Source: Candidatus Heimdallarchaeota archaeon (GTDB lineage: Archaea > Asgardarchaeota > Heimdallarchaeia > Heimdallarchaeales > Heimdallarchaeaceae). Taken from it: DNA of 47,072 nucleotides. The notes under the pieces are model-generated. The model did no database searches. It saw only the letters and a list, made by a program, of their open reading frames with translations, and had not been told where the DNA came from. Below, piece after piece: positions 8,755-18,348 of the stretch (its first letter is position 1; every line of letters begins with the position of its first letter). The translations under genes and the position numbers were made by a program. The stretch covers positions 1 to 47,072 of the forward strand of contig DXJF01000107.1 in NCBI GenBank assembly GCA_019057375.1, written 5' to 3'.

Positions 8755-10002
8755 AAGAGATCCAATGTCTTTTCTAAAGAATAGTTCGCCTCTAATTTTA
8801 TCTATATTCTGATAAACTTTATCTCTTGCTATTTCGAGACTTTCTCCTTCTTCAACTAATGCTATTGCACGACTAGTTGTAGTTCGTATTTGCTTTTTGT
8901 TACTGTAAACGGATGCAAAATAAAGGTCTGAGGTCAGTGAGGGTTCAATTGTAATTGTTTTATCTTTTTCTGGTTTTGTTGGGTATCCCTTAGGAACCAA
9001 ATATGTACACACTGTTGCTAAGTCTTTAAATTTGACACTTCTTAAGTTACCATCAATTGTCTGTTGTGTGACTTCATTAAAATCAGAATCTAACAATTTT
9101 AGAACATTCATTGCTTCTGGATCCCCAAAACGGACATTGTATTCAATCAAAAATATCCCATCTTCTGTTTTCATGAACTGACCATAAAGAATGCCTTTGT
9201 ATCGAATTCCGTTTTGGTGATTTAGAGCTTCTATTGTGCATTGCATAATATTTAGCGCCTTTTCATATTCTGCTTTATTGAGAAAAGGTAATTTATGTGA
9301 AGGGAGACTGTAAGAACCCATACTTCCAGTATTTGGACCTTGTTCATTCTCATATGCACGTTTATAGTCTCTCACTAAAGGCATAGGAATAATATTTTTT
9401 CCATCAGTAAAAACTTGTAATGAAAACTCTTTCCCTTTTTTCTTCTCTTCAATCAGAAATTCCCCATCTTTTTTTAGTAATTCTTGTACATAAATCTGGG
9501 CTTCAGTTAATTTTTTGAAATGATCACCAGATACTTTGACACCTTTCCCACCAGACAAACCATCAGGTTTTATGACAAAATCCATCCCAAATTCACTAAC
9601 AGCTGTTTCAAGATCTTTAGTTGTTTTTCCAATGACGTAGGGTACATTCCCAGATATATCATAAGCATCTAGAAGCAAACGTGTGAAAATCTTGCTTGTT
9701 TCAATTTTTGCAACTTCTTTTCTCGGACCACAAACAGGGATTTTTAGTTCATCCTCGAGATAGTTTACTATTCCATTTGCTAGAGGATTTTCGGGACCAA
9801 TAATGGCATAATCAACTTTTTTAAATTTCTTAAGCTTATCAAAATTATTGAGATTTCCCAAAACAAATTTCTTTGATATTCTAGCAATTCCAGGATTCTC
9901 TTTTGACATATAAGAATACAATATGCCATTATTATCAACTATCTTTTTTGCAATTGAGTGTTCTCTAGCACCATTCCCAACTAACAATACTTTACAAACC
10001 AC
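8749..10002 (-). CDS. purD: Phosphoribosylamine-glycine ligase
   Basis: GNGAREH, IGPENPL, LETSK-like IETSK, VIKPDGLSGGKGV, GPNTGSMG, EYNVRFGDPE. Converges on pyrI with a 6-nt overlap. Confidence 0.97.
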   Translation of the reverse strand: MVCKVLLVGNGAREHSIAKKIVDNNGILYSYMSKENPGIARISKKFVLGNLNNFDKLKKFKKVDYAIIGPENPLANGIVNYLEDELKIPVCGPRKEVAKIETSKIFTRLLLDAYDISGNVPYVIGKTTKDLETAVSEFGMDFVIKPDGLSGGKGVKVSGDHFKKLTEAQIYVQELLKKDGEFLIEEKKKGKEFSLQVFTDGKNIIPMPLVRDYKRAYENEQGPNTGSMGSYSLPSHKLPFLNKAEYEKALNIMQCTIEALNHQNGIRYKGILYGQFMKTEDGIFLIEYNVRFGDPEAMNVLKLLDSDFNEVTQQTIDGNLRSVKFKDLATVCTYLVPKGYPTKPEKDKTITIEPSLTSDLYFASVYSNKKQIRTTTSRAIALVEEGESLEIARDKVYQNIDKIRGELFFRKDIGSLL

Positions 10003-10004
10003 TT

Positions 10005-11402
10005 TTAGACCTCTTCATAATGACTTCTGTTTTGTAATTCTCCATTTAGATATTTTATCCTAATTTCTTGAGCATAAGATGTGGGATAACTTCCAGATAA
10101 ACATGCAGTACATAAATCAGTGAAACCTATTGATTTCTTAAGTGAATCAATTGTTTGGTAATATAAGCCATCAACATCTAAAACATTCTTGATTTCTTCT
10201 AGATTGTGCCCTGATGCGATTAATTCTTCGTCTGTAGGAAAATCTATTCCATAGTAGCACGCAAATCTGATAGCTGGACAAGTGATAGCAAGATAGATTT
10301 TCTCTGCACCATGCTGTCTTAAATCTTTAATGATTTTTTGACTTGTTAAACCTCGTACAATTGAATCATCAACGACCAAAATTTTCTTTCCTTTGATATA
10401 TTTGGGGGAGTAAAGGAATTTTCTCTTTGCTACTCTAGACCTTTCTTCTTCACTTTTCATTATGAAGGTTCTTTGCAAATACCGATTTTTGATTATCGCT
10501 TCTCTTACTGGAATATCTAAAACCTCTGATAATCCTTGACTGGCTGGTCTTGAAGTATCAGGTACTGGAACAACATAATCAATTTCATGATTCTCATTTA
10601 AAATTCGCTCACCAAGTTCTTTACCTAGATTTAATCTGACTTCATAGACTAATTTTTGTTCAATTATCGAGCAGGGATTAGCGAAATATACATATTCGAA
10701 CATACAATGTGCATGATCTCTCTCGAGTAGCTGATGTTTTTCAATCTCATCATTCTTAAACAATATCAATTCTCCTGATTTTACTTCCTCAAAATTACTG
10801 ATACCTAGATTCTGCAGAACAACTGATTCAGAAGATATAACAGAAACATTAGAATCTTTTCCAAACACTAATGGTCTAATCCCCTTAGGGTCTCTAAAAG
10901 AAAATATCTGATCATTAAAAATGCCTATTATGGAATAACTTCCATCAGCTATTTCCATAAAAGTATTAGTGGCCTTAACTATATCCCCATCATGTTTGTT
11001 TACAAGAGATCCCATTAACTCAACTATAAACTCTGTATCGCTTTCGAACGATTTAGATGATAATGTATGTACATTGGCTATATTTCCGTTATTTACTAAA
11101 GCAATTGATCCATATTTTGTTTTTGCAGTAAACGGTTGAGTATATCGATTTATATTCGAACTTTCAGTTCTTGTACCAAATGTAGGGTATCTTGTAGCTC
11201 CTAATAGTGATTTAGTTACCTGTTTCTCTTCAATCTGTAAAAGATCGGGGTATTTGTCGGTCTTGCTTAGACACATATTTGCAGTTTTACAATCTACCCA
11301 AGCAATGCCACTAGCGTCTTGTCCCCTATGTGTTAGCATCTGTAATAGAATTTTACCCTGAGCTAAGGAAGATGATCCTTTAATTCCTAACACTCCACAC
11401 AT
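10005..11402 (-). CDS. purF: Amidophosphoribosyltransferase (Fe-S type)
   Basis: N-terminal MCG nucleophile, HRGQD, RDPKGIRPL, CMFEYVYF, VPVPDTS, VVDDSIVRG, CTAC. Confidence 0.97.
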   Translation of the reverse strand: MCGVLGIKGSSSLAQGKILLQMLTHRGQDASGIAWVDCKTANMCLSKTDKYPDLLQIEEKQVTKSLLGATRYPTFGTRTESSNINRYTQPFTAKTKYGSIALVNNGNIANVHTLSSKSFESDTEFIVELMGSLVNKHDGDIVKATNTFMEIADGSYSIIGIFNDQIFSFRDPKGIRPLVFGKDSNVSVISSESVVLQNLGISNFEEVKSGELILFKNDEIEKHQLLERDHAHCMFEYVYFANPCSIIEQKLVYEVRLNLGKELGERILNENHEIDYVVPVPDTSRPASQGLSEVLDIPVREAIIKNRYLQRTFIMKSEEERSRVAKRKFLYSPKYIKGKKILVVDDSIVRGLTSQKIIKDLRQHGAEKIYLAITCPAIRFACYYGIDFPTDEELIASGHNLEEIKNVLDVDGLYYQTIDSLKKSIGFTDLCTACLSGSYPTSYAQEIRIKYLNGELQNRSHYEEV

Positions 11403-12008
11403 TTATATCATAATCCTTACATTTCTTCCTGAAATAATTACTTTATTTTGGGATATTAACGAAATTGCCCTTGGTAAGGCTTCATGCTCTTTTGTGAGAA
11501 TTTTTTCAGACAACGATTCTTCTGTCTCTTTCTCAGTTATCTCAATTGTTTCTTGCAAAATTATTGGTCCCGAATCTACTTCAGAATTAACAAAATGGAC
11601 AGTACATCCTGAAACCTTAACTCCATAATCTAATGCCTGTTCCTGAGCTTTTAATCCAGGGAAAGAAGGAAGTAGTGAAGGATGAATATTTATTATCTTA
11701 CCATCATACAGATTTACAAACTCCGTTGATAGGATCTGCATAAATCCTGCAAGTACAATTAAATCAATTTCATTCTCTCTTAATGTTTGTATGAGCTTCT
11801 GTTCAAATTCATTCTTTGTGATAAAAGAATCTCTTGATATTACAACTGATTTTTTATTAAAAATCTCCGAATATTTCAAACCTTCAGCTTCTTTTTTGTT
11901 TGATATAATTAACTGAATTTTAGCTTCTCCAAGCCTTTTCTCTCTTTCTGCGTATAAGATTGCTTGAAGGTTTGATCCTCTACCAGAGATTAATACTGCA
12001 GTATTCAT
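11403..12008 (-). CDS. purN: Phosphoribosylglycinamide formyltransferase (folate-dependent)
   Basis: AVLISGRGSNLQA, LAGFMQIL, INIHPSLLPSFPG, GCTVHFV, DSGPII. Confidence 0.97.
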   Translation of the reverse strand: MNTAVLISGRGSNLQAILYAEREKRLGEAKIQLIISNKKEAEGLKYSEIFNKKSVVISRDSFITKNEFEQKLIQTLRENEIDLIVLAGFMQILSTEFVNLYDGKIINIHPSLLPSFPGLKAQEQALDYGVKVSGCTVHFVNSEVDSGPIILQETIEITEKETEESLSEKILTKEHEALPRAISLISQNKVIISGRNVRIMI

Positions 12009-12012
12009 TTTC

Positions 12013-13050
12013 TCACCTTGTATAAAGAACATCATACAGAGGAATTGTTATTGTAGTGTCATCTGTTATTTCACCTAAGATATAAGAAGGAAAATGCTCA
12101 TTTAGAATCTGAAGAGTTTTTTCTACTTCATATTTTGGAACAATTACAATAAATCCTATTCCCATATTGAAAATTGAAAACATTTCTTGATAAGATATAT
12201 TTCCAATTTTTCTAATTTCATCGAATATTGGGGGGATATCTGGCCATTTTGAGAACTTAAATCCTAAATTTGTTATCCTAAAGAGTTTCTTTATTCCACC
12301 ACCAGTTATATGAGCTAATCCAGTAACTTTGCACTTTTGTAAAAGATGTTGAATTGGGGCCACATAAATTCTAGTAGGTTTGAGAAGCTCATCTCCCACT
12401 TCTATTTTCCAAGGAAATTCTTCATTAAGATCATATTTAACGTCTAGGACTTTTCTTGCAATAGTGAAACCATTTGAATGAATACCGTTGCTTGAAATCC
12501 CTATTATTACATTACTATTTTCTATCTTGCTTCCATCAATTATTTTATCTTCTTTTATTATCCCTAGTGCAGTTCCTGCAAGATCGAAAACATTTTCTCC
12601 TTTAGCCAGAAGATCAGGTATTTTTGCTAATTCTCCTCCAATGAGTGGAATTGAGGATAACTCACACCCCTTGACTAATCCCTTAACAATGTTTTCTATT
12701 GTTCTAACATTGAACTCCGATACTGCTAAATAATCAACAAATGCTTTAGGTGTGACTCCCATTGCTAGTAAATCATTTACATTCATCGCAACGCAGTCAA
12801 TTCCTATGGTATCATACTTTTTCATTTTTTGTGCAACAATCAGCTTGGTACCAACACCATCTGTTGTTAAGGCTAATCCAAAATCACCAAATTTTATCAT
12901 ATTAGCATAGTGGCCTTCTTTGGCTAATACATCCCCGAATTGAAAACTGCTTTTGACTAAGTTGTTTATATTATGTAATATATCTGCTTCATCTCGTAAA
13001 TCAATTCCTACCTCAACATAGGTTGATGGAGTTGTTCTTTCTTTTACCAT
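12013..13050 (-). CDS. purM: AIR synthetase
   Basis: TDGVGTKL, IGIDCVAMNVND, GGELA, SNGIHSNG, LLKPTRIY, AHITGGG, FNMGIG. Confidence 0.97.
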   Translation of the reverse strand: MVKERTTPSTYVEVGIDLRDEADILHNINNLVKSSFQFGDVLAKEGHYANMIKFGDFGLALTTDGVGTKLIVAQKMKKYDTIGIDCVAMNVNDLLAMGVTPKAFVDYLAVSEFNVRTIENIVKGLVKGCELSSIPLIGGELAKIPDLLAKGENVFDLAGTALGIIKEDKIIDGSKIENSNVIIGISSNGIHSNGFTIARKVLDVKYDLNEEFPWKIEVGDELLKPTRIYVAPIQHLLQKCKVTGLAHITGGGIKKLFRITNLGFKFSKWPDIPPIFDEIRKIGNISYQEMFSIFNMGIGFIVIVPKYEVEKTLQILNEHFPSYILGEITDDTTITIPLYDVLYTR

Positions 13051-13064
13051 GATTTCATCTCCCA

Positions 13065-13469
13065 CTAATAATCGTTTAAACTAGTTCCATTTTTCAATTT
13101 CAGAATTCTAATAGCTAGATGTGCAGCATTCTCTCCATTATCAATTCCAACAGTTGCAACAGGAACTCCCTTAGGCATTTGAACTATTGATAGCAGGGCA
13201 TCTAAGCCATTTAAAGCAGCAGAAACAGGAACACCAATTACTGGTTTTTTACTCATTGAAGCTACTACTCCTGGTAACGCAGCAGCTAACCCTGCAATAC
13301 ATATGAAAATATCAGCCTTTGAATTTATTACCTTTACAGCAAGTTTTTCATCATCTCTATGAGCCGAAATATAGCTTATTGTATATGGTATTTGATACTC
13401 ATCTAATACTTTAGTAGTTTTTTTAACAATTTTTTCATCGCTTTTGCTTCCCGCAATAACATCTATCAT
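13065..13469 (-). CDS. purE: PurE (AIR carboxylase / N5-CAIR mutase), short form
   Basis: [49 protein letters not shown] Shine-Dalgarno before ATG 13469. Confidence 0.95.
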   Translation of the reverse strand: MIDVIAGSKSDEKIVKKTTKVLDEYQIPYTISYISAHRDDEKLAVKVINSKADIFICIAGLAAALPGVVASMSKKPVIGVPVSAALNGLDALLSIVQMPKGVPVATVGIDNGENAAHLAIRILKLKNGTSLNDY

Positions 13470-13470
13470 A

Positions 13471-15645
13471 TTATTCCTCCATAAATCTTGGAATTGCATT
13501 TTTCCACTTTTGTTTCATCTTCCCTATCTCTAAAGTTAAGAAATTTTCAAAGGCAATTATAGGCTCTAAAGTTGTTTCACCTATCACTGTATAGGGGATT
13601 TGCCCTTTCAGAATTTTCTCAACATCTTCCATTTTTGAAGAATCAATCTCAATAAAATATCTTGCAGGAGTTTCAGCGAAGAGAAATTTCTCTAAGGAAA
13701 TCTCTTCTGATGCAAGAAACTTAGCATCTAATTTTATACCTATATTTTTCTGGAATGTCATTTCAATAAGTGAAACTATAGCACCACCATTAGATACATC
13801 ATGACAGCTGGAGATGTAAGAATTTTCATTAAGAGTTTCTATAATCTTAATAGCTATTCTCTCTGAATCAAAGTCATAAGGTGAAATTTTTCCTGCTAAT
13901 ATGTTATGATTGTAGCGCAAGTATTCTGATCCATTTAGATTTCCATCATTTTGACCAATTAGGATTACAATATTCTTTTCTTTTTGAAAATGATTTGGAA
14001 TTATTTTTTGGTAATTTTCTATAATTCCTAGCATACCAATAGTTGGTGCAGGATTGATTCTGTCTGTCTTTCCGCCTATATTGCTTTCATTGTAGAATGA
14101 TACATTTCCTCCCACAATTGGGATTTGAAAATCATTTGAAAATTGCCCTAATCCCTTTACAGATTCCACAAATTGCCAATATGAATCTGGTTTTTCAGGA
14201 TTACCGAAATTTAAGCAATCCACAATAGCTAAAGGTTTAGCTCCAACAGATACGAGATTTCTCATTGCTTCAGCTGCACTATTTGCTGTTCCATTGTATG
14301 AATCCAGATAAACCATAAATGAATTACAATCCAAAGAAAGAGCGATATGTTTACCATTATCTAATCTAAGGACAGCTGAATCTGAACCTGCATCAACTAC
14401 TGTTTGAGTTTGAACATGTTGATCGTATTGTTGATAAACCCAAGCTTTATCACCAATATTTGGGGAAGAAAGAAGTTTCTCTATTTCTTCTCTTAAGTTT
14501 AAATCTGGATTTTGCTCATATTTGGACTGAATCTTAACATAATAGGGTTCTTCTTGAATTCTCTCGGGTTCTGGAAAACCCTCTACAACTAAATTTATTG
14601 GTAACTCAACTACTTTATTACCTTTGAAAAAACCTATGAAGTGGCTATTATCTGTTACTTCTCCTATAACAGAATACATCAAATCGTATCTTTCTAGCAC
14701 CTTGCATACTTTGTCTAGATTTTCTGGACTTACTACTGCTAGCATTCTTTCTTGAGATTCTGATACTAAAATCTCCCAAGGTTTCATAGAAGGCTCTCTA
14801 AGTGGTACGTCTTCTAATCGTATTATGGCGCCAGTTTGTCCTCTTGAGCACATTTCTGTTACAGCACAGCTTAAACCTCCTCCACCTAAATCTTGTAACC
14901 CTTCCAGCAACTCTTTTTCAATAATGTCAAGAGTTGTATCTATCAAGATTTTTTCCATTAAGGGGTCGCCAATTTGAACCGCTGGTCTATCTTGCTCACT
15001 TTTATCATTAAGGTCTTTTGAAGCAAAAGAAACGCCATGGATACCATCTTTTCCAGTTAGAGCGCCATATAAAACGAAGAAATTGCCAGGTTTTTCTGCA
15101 ATGCTTCTAACAAATTTATCTTTCTTAACGACACCTATACACATTGCATTAACTAAACAATTCTCTTCAAAAGCTGAAGCAAATTCTACTTCTCCTCCAA
15201 CAGTTGGTATTCCACAGCAATTTCCATAAAATGAGATCCCTCTGACTACATTTTCAAAGAGATGCTGAGAATGCTGAGAATCCAGATTTCCAAATCTGAT
15301 GGAATCTAGAATTGCTATTGGGCGACAACCTTGTGATAAAATATCTCTAATAATCCCTCCGACACTAGTAGATGCCCCATCATAAGGAGATATTGCTGAT
15401 GGATGATTATGACTTTCTAATCCAAGCCCAACTAATAATCCTTCTCCAAGATCTATTAAACCCGCTCCTTCTCCTATACCAAGTGCAAGGTATGGAGCTT
15501 CTGTATTAAAGTGATGAAACCATCTTTTAGAAGATTTATATGAACAATGCTCCGACCACATAGCTTCAAAAATTGCTAGTTCAGCTTTATTTGGATCCCT
15601 TTGAATATCTGCTTTGATAGTTCCTAATTCTTCAACAGTTAACAT
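13471..15645 (-). CDS. purL: FGAM synthase subunit PurL
   Basis: [70 protein letters not shown]. Confidence 0.98.
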   Translation of the reverse strand: MLTVEELGTIKADIQRDPNKAELAIFEAMWSEHCSYKSSKRWFHHFNTEAPYLALGIGEGAGLIDLGEGLLVGLGLESHNHPSAISPYDGASTSVGGIIRDILSQGCRPIAILDSIRFGNLDSQHSQHLFENVVRGISFYGNCCGIPTVGGEVEFASAFEENCLVNAMCIGVVKKDKFVRSIAEKPGNFFVLYGALTGKDGIHGVSFASKDLNDKSEQDRPAVQIGDPLMEKILIDTTLDIIEKELLEGLQDLGGGGLSCAVTEMCSRGQTGAIIRLEDVPLREPSMKPWEILVSESQERMLAVVSPENLDKVCKVLERYDLMYSVIGEVTDNSHFIGFFKGNKVVELPINLVVEGFPEPERIQEEPYYVKIQSKYEQNPDLNLREEIEKLLSSPNIGDKAWVYQQYDQHVQTQTVVDAGSDSAVLRLDNGKHIALSLDCNSFMVYLDSYNGTANSAAEAMRNLVSVGAKPLAIVDCLNFGNPEKPDSYWQFVESVKGLGQFSNDFQIPIVGGNVSFYNESNIGGKTDRINPAPTIGMLGIIENYQKIIPNHFQKEKNIVILIGQNDGNLNGSEYLRYNHNILAGKISPYDFDSERIAIKIIETLNENSYISSCHDVSNGGAIVSLIEMTFQKNIGIKLDAKFLASEEISLEKFLFAETPARYFIEIDSSKMEDVEKILKGQIPYTVIGETTLEPIIAFENFLTLEIGKMKQKWKNAIPRFMEE

Positions 15646-16337
15646 TTTAATTCACCTATTAAATTTGTAAAAATCATCTTTCCATCTTCTGAGCTTAAAT
15701 AGTTAAAACTTGCTCTTTCAGGATGAGGCATAAGCCCTAAAACATTTCCTTTTTTGTTTACAATTCCTGCAATATTTTCCAGAGATCCATTCAGATTACT
15801 CTCTTGAGTTGTTGTTCCTTCACTATCACAGTATCTAAAAGCAATTAGTTTACTTTGTTTGAGTTCTTGAATTTTTTCAGGTAAATCATAATATCTCCCA
15901 TCGAAATGTGCAATAGGTATCTTCAGAACTTTATCTTTCATACCAGCTAGAAGAGGACTAGTCGTTTCCTCTGTCATTATGTATACCCACTTACTGATGA
16001 ATCGAGTAGAAGTGTTTGTTGTTAAAATTCCAGGTAGAATATTCGTTTCACATAAAATCTGAAAACCATTACAGATTCCAATTATGAACCTCTCCTTCTC
16101 GACAAAATCTTTCAACTCATTTATTATAGTTGAATGAGCAGCTATTGCGCCTGGTCTCAAATAATCACCATATGAAAAACCTCCAGCTAGCACAATAGCA
16201 TCCATTTCTTGAAAAATCTCAACATCATCTGGAAAAATATATTCATAATCCACTTCTAAGCTCTTTAAAACTCTAGCAACATCAGGTTCGTTGTTAGTTC
16301 CAGGAAACTTTGTAATTCCTATTTTCAGTTGCTTCAC
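15639..16337 (-). CDS. purQ: FGAM synthase glutaminase subunit PurQ
   Basis: FPGTNNE, GGFSYGDYLRPGA, GICNGFQ, IAHFDG, GLMPHPER. Confidence 0.98.
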   Translation of the reverse strand: MKQLKIGITKFPGTNNEPDVARVLKSLEVDYEYIFPDDVEIFQEMDAIVLAGGFSYGDYLRPGAIAAHSTIINELKDFVEKERFIIGICNGFQILCETNILPGILTTNTSTRFISKWVYIMTEETTSPLLAGMKDKVLKIPIAHFDGRYYDLPEKIQELKQSKLIAFRYCDSEGTTTQESNLNGSLENIAGIVNKKGNVLGLMPHPERASFNYLSSEDGKMIFTNLIGELKC

Positions 16338-16341
16338 CTTT

Positions 16342-17319
16342 TTACAAATTATATTTTAATTCTATTTCAAAATCTTCTATGAGTGGATTAGAGAGAATTT
16401 CTGACGATATCCCTTTTATTTCTTTAAGCAAGCTAAAAGACGGAAATTCTGAAAAAATTAGTTTAGCATTTTTTCCAAGCCTTGTTGTTTCAATTGTTTC
16501 ATGTTGATTTCTAGTTAGAGATCTTTGTGTGACAGCTCCAGCTGGATCTAGCACAGAACTTTTTAGGTTGATATTAACATTCGCTTCTGTTTGGGTTTCG
16601 ATATTAGGTAGATCATTAATTGTATTTAATCTATTTAGGATATCTTCATAGTGGTGGATTACTTTGCCTAAGTCTTTCCTGTATCGATCTTTATCTTTTA
16701 TTTCACCAGTTTTCTTTACCCAAAGCCTCATTGTATCTGTAGAAATCTCATCTGCAATTAATAAACATCCATCCTTATTTCTACCAAACTCAAGCTTGAA
16801 GTCGATTAGATCTAGATTAATTAAGTCAAAAACCTCTTTCAGAATATGATTAACAGCTCTAGTGATCACTTCCATAAGCATCGCTTCTTCCGAATTCATC
16901 CACTCCATGTTAACAGCAACCTCTTTGTTAACTAGAGGATCATGCAAATCATCATTTTTCAAGAAGTATTCTATAATTGGTGACTCAAATTTGATTCCTT
17001 GATCAACACCATATCTTCTACAAAAACTACCAGCTGTTTTGTTTCTACAAACTGTTTCAACTGGAATAATTTCTACTCTCTCACAAATCATTTCATCATC
17101 TTTGGAAGAAGAGATGAAATGTGTTTCAAGACCATATTCATGAAGAATCTGAAATAATCTCGTTGAAATTTTACAGTTAATTACACCTTTATTGTCTAAT
17201 TCATTCAATTTCACTCCATCAAAAGCAGAAATTGAATCTCGAAAAATAATTTTTACTTTCTCATCTTCAATAAACTCTATATTTTTTGCTTTTCCAGAAT
17301 ATCCTGCCAACACAAACAC
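16342..17319 (-). CDS. purC: SAICAR synthetase PurC fused to C-terminal PurS
   Basis: PurC motifs: YSGKAK, FRDSISAFDG, ETVCRN..AGS, KNDDLHDP, LIDFKLEFG, LIADEISTDTMRLW, DKDRYR. PurS motifs: NLKSSVLDPAG...RLGK...LSNPLIEDFEI. Confidence 0.93.
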   Translation of the reverse strand: MFVLAGYSGKAKNIEFIEDEKVKIIFRDSISAFDGVKLNELDNKGVINCKISTRLFQILHEYGLETHFISSSKDDEMICERVEIIPVETVCRNKTAGSFCRRYGVDQGIKFESPIIEYFLKNDDLHDPLVNKEVAVNMEWMNSEEAMLMEVITRAVNHILKEVFDLINLDLIDFKLEFGRNKDGCLLIADEISTDTMRLWVKKTGEIKDKDRYRKDLGKVIHHYEDILNRLNTINDLPNIETQTEANVNINLKSSVLDPAGAVTQRSLTRNQHETIETTRLGKNAKLIFSEFPSFSLLKEIKGISSEILSNPLIEDFEIELKYNL

Positions 17320-17323
17320 CGTT

Positions 17324-17339
17324 TTGCAATGATATGCAA
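17324..17339. promoter_or_regulatory. Putative operator TTGCA-N6-TGCAA immediately upstream of the pur operon start codon
   Basis: TTGCAATGATATGCAA (arms extend to TTTGCA/TGCAAA), 4 nt from the purC GTG. Its reverse complement TTGCATatcATTGCAA matches the 7274 site at 13/16 positions. Confidence 0.62.
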
Positions 17340-17473
17340 ATTATCAATCTATTGAAACTGCGAGATTTAATATAGACAATTAATAAATGTTGCTACTAAC
17401 CCCTTTAGTTTCAGCAAGTGTAAGGCAAAGCAAGAAGGTCCGAAAGATGAAACAGTTAGAAGGAGAAGGCTAT

Positions 17474-17489
17474 TTGCAAATCAGTGTAA
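17474..17489. promoter_or_regulatory. Putative operator (1 mismatch) upstream of the HTH-PRT regulator
   Basis: TTGCAAATCAGTGTAA (TTTGCA-N6-TGTAAA), 64 nt before ATG 17554. Confidence 0.5.
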
Positions 17490-17553
17490 ATACCTTTTTA
17501 TTTCTTGAGTATAATAGTAACAAAAATATAGTTGTAATTGTGACGTGTTTCAA

Positions 17554-18333
17554 ATGAGTTCAGCAGAAAGTTATAGAGATGCACAAGAGAAGCTGATGAC
17601 ATTGAATCTTCTTCAGATGGCCTTTAAGGAATTTAATACTCTTGAAAGCATGCGAGCAGCACTTGAAAAAAATGGTGTAGAGGTATCAGTAGCTAATCTT
17701 TCTCGTTATGTCAATGGGAAAGCTATCCCCAAATCGAAGTTAAAAGATAGTCTTTTAAGAGCCCTTACTCAAGATTCTGAATTTGGTTTAACAATTGAGA
17801 GACTGATTAATAAGCACATCATAGATGATGTGGATGAATTTGGTAACATAAAAATCTCTAATCTTTACTTGCTAAATGATTCTAAAGCATTGAAAGCAAT
17901 TCTTTTTCTAGCAATGTACCAGGAAATTATTCCTCTTGATATTGATAAAATAATTACTGCTGAAGTTGATGGTATTCCAATAGCCATGACTTTAGCTCAT
18001 CTACTCAATGTTGACTGTATATATGCTAGAAAGAAGAAACCTCTAGGAGCAGAAAATTTCATCACAGCAGATATTCAAACTGCTTCTCTAGGGAGAGTTG
18101 AGACTATAGGTGTTGATGAAAAATTCATTCGACGTCAAGAAAAAGTGTTAATTGTTGATGATGTAATAAGATCAGGTTCCACTCAAACAGCACTTGTCGA
18201 ACTTGTGAGGAAATGTGGTGCTACGCCAGTAAAAGTTGTTATTATTGCGGGTATTGGGGCTCGTTGGGAAAGGATAACAGAATGGAATAGAGTGGAGCTT
18301 GAAGTATTGAAAGTTTATACAGATAAAAGTTAA
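17554..18333 (+). CDS. HTH + phosphoribosyltransferase-domain protein (PurR-like architecture; probable PRPP-sensing regulator)
   Basis: N-terminal XRE-like HTH (TLESMRAALEKNGVEVSVANLSRYVNGKAIP). Type I PRT domain (ITAEVDGIPIA, YARKKKP, VLIVDDVIRSGST). Divergent from the pur operon. Confidence 0.8.
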   Translation: MSSAESYRDAQEKLMTLNLLQMAFKEFNTLESMRAALEKNGVEVSVANLSRYVNGKAIPKSKLKDSLLRALTQDSEFGLTIERLINKHIIDDVDEFGNIKISNLYLLNDSKALKAILFLAMYQEIIPLDIDKIITAEVDGIPIAMTLAHLLNVDCIYARKKKPLGAENFITADIQTASLGRVETIGVDEKFIRRQEKVLIVDDVIRSGSTQTALVELVRKCGATPVKVVIIAGIGARWERITEWNRVELEVLKVYTDKS

Positions 18334-18348
18334 AAGAAGTGCTAGAAT

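Noticed and set aside
17390-17470. Known riboswitch (purine, ZTP, ykkC/PRPP, c-di-GMP)
   Set aside because: Only isolated hexamers (GGCAAA, GGUCCGA, CGAAAG) match, and the required conserved cores and helices are absent. Kept only as an unassigned structured-leader candidate.
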